Positions 63,483-64,000 of a DNA stretch of 64,000 bases are shown piece after piece; positions within the stretch are counted from its first letter, which is position 1, and each line of letters begins with the position of its first letter. This DNA comes from Eledone cirrhosa (taxonomy: Eukaryota): positions 239,444,001 to 239,508,000 of the forward strand of contig OZ024743.1 in NCBI GenBank assembly GCA_964016885.1, in the 5' to 3' direction. A model generated the notes under the pieces. That model did not search any database, was not told where the DNA came from, and saw only the letters and a program-made list of their open reading frames with translations. A program made the translations under genes and the position numbers.

Positions 63483-64000
63483 GTATATATGTATGTATAT
63501 GTATATATGTATATGTATATATGTATGTATATGTATATATATATATATATGTATGTATATGTAAATAAACATACATATACAACCTGTCTCATGGCAGGTC
63601 GTTGGCAACTAAACTGGCAACCCCACCAAGGTTTCTTCGTGAGGAGGGTGACTTTGGACATCCTGCAGGACTAAAAACAAAACCTGTCAAAGGGCAAAGG
63701 AGCTCTTAAGAGTCAATGGCCATCCAAAATCACCGGGAGAGATGACTCCTTAGCCTTTGTAAAGGCAGAATTCTAGGAGAAGGAAAACTCTGATATAACA
63801 CCTGCAACTCTGATGGTATCTAATGATGTTGACTTGTTCTTCTTTTTGGTAAATATCATCTTGGTTAAGAGAGTGAGACTGGCTTTGTGCAGTGCCTTTG
63901 CTCACTATGAAAGCTTCACAGCACAGGCATTGCTTTCTATCTGGAGATCTCTGCACTTGTCGTCACATGGTACCATGGGCCCAGCACTATGTGTCAATAA
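61155..64000 (+). repeat. Tandem array of an about 560-bp internally deleted RTE-like element with microsatellite spacer
   Basis: Periods 1178 and 1258 bp; contains the RTE-5'UTR-like AGGAGAAGGAAAACTCTGA and the ORF-end zinc finger [23 protein letters not shown]. Confidence 0.7.

Overview
AT-rich eukaryotic repeat-dense DNA. It is most likely an Octopus/coleoid cephalopod intergenic or intronic region (inferred from (TA)n density and SINE/LINE types). I see no credible host protein-coding gene; the YIYI/CVCV ORFs are microsatellite artefacts. Recognisable elements: one tRNA-Ala(AGC); four Penelope-like retroelement (PLE) relics (two Hydra-type, two Neptune-type); a decayed hATm DNA transposon; RTE and R4/Dong LINE fragments; a tandem internally deleted RTE; and many tRNA-derived SINEs. 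The main unexplained signal is that many of the short 'unique' islands between (TA)n tracts carry a type I hammerhead ribozyme (HHR). I folded about 20 motifs by eye, intact or degenerate, from roughly a dozen unrelated families. They occur as tandem HHR-to-HHR units (retrozyme-like, 432-591 bp) or as fold-back palindromes. In four unrelated families the fold-back point lies in the ribozyme's stem II, suggesting ribozyme-hairpin-primed snap-back synthesis during (TA)n-targeted retrotransposition. Two unrelated families carry the compensatory U3-A8 core instead of C3-G8. All structures were read by eye; no searches or folding programs were run.
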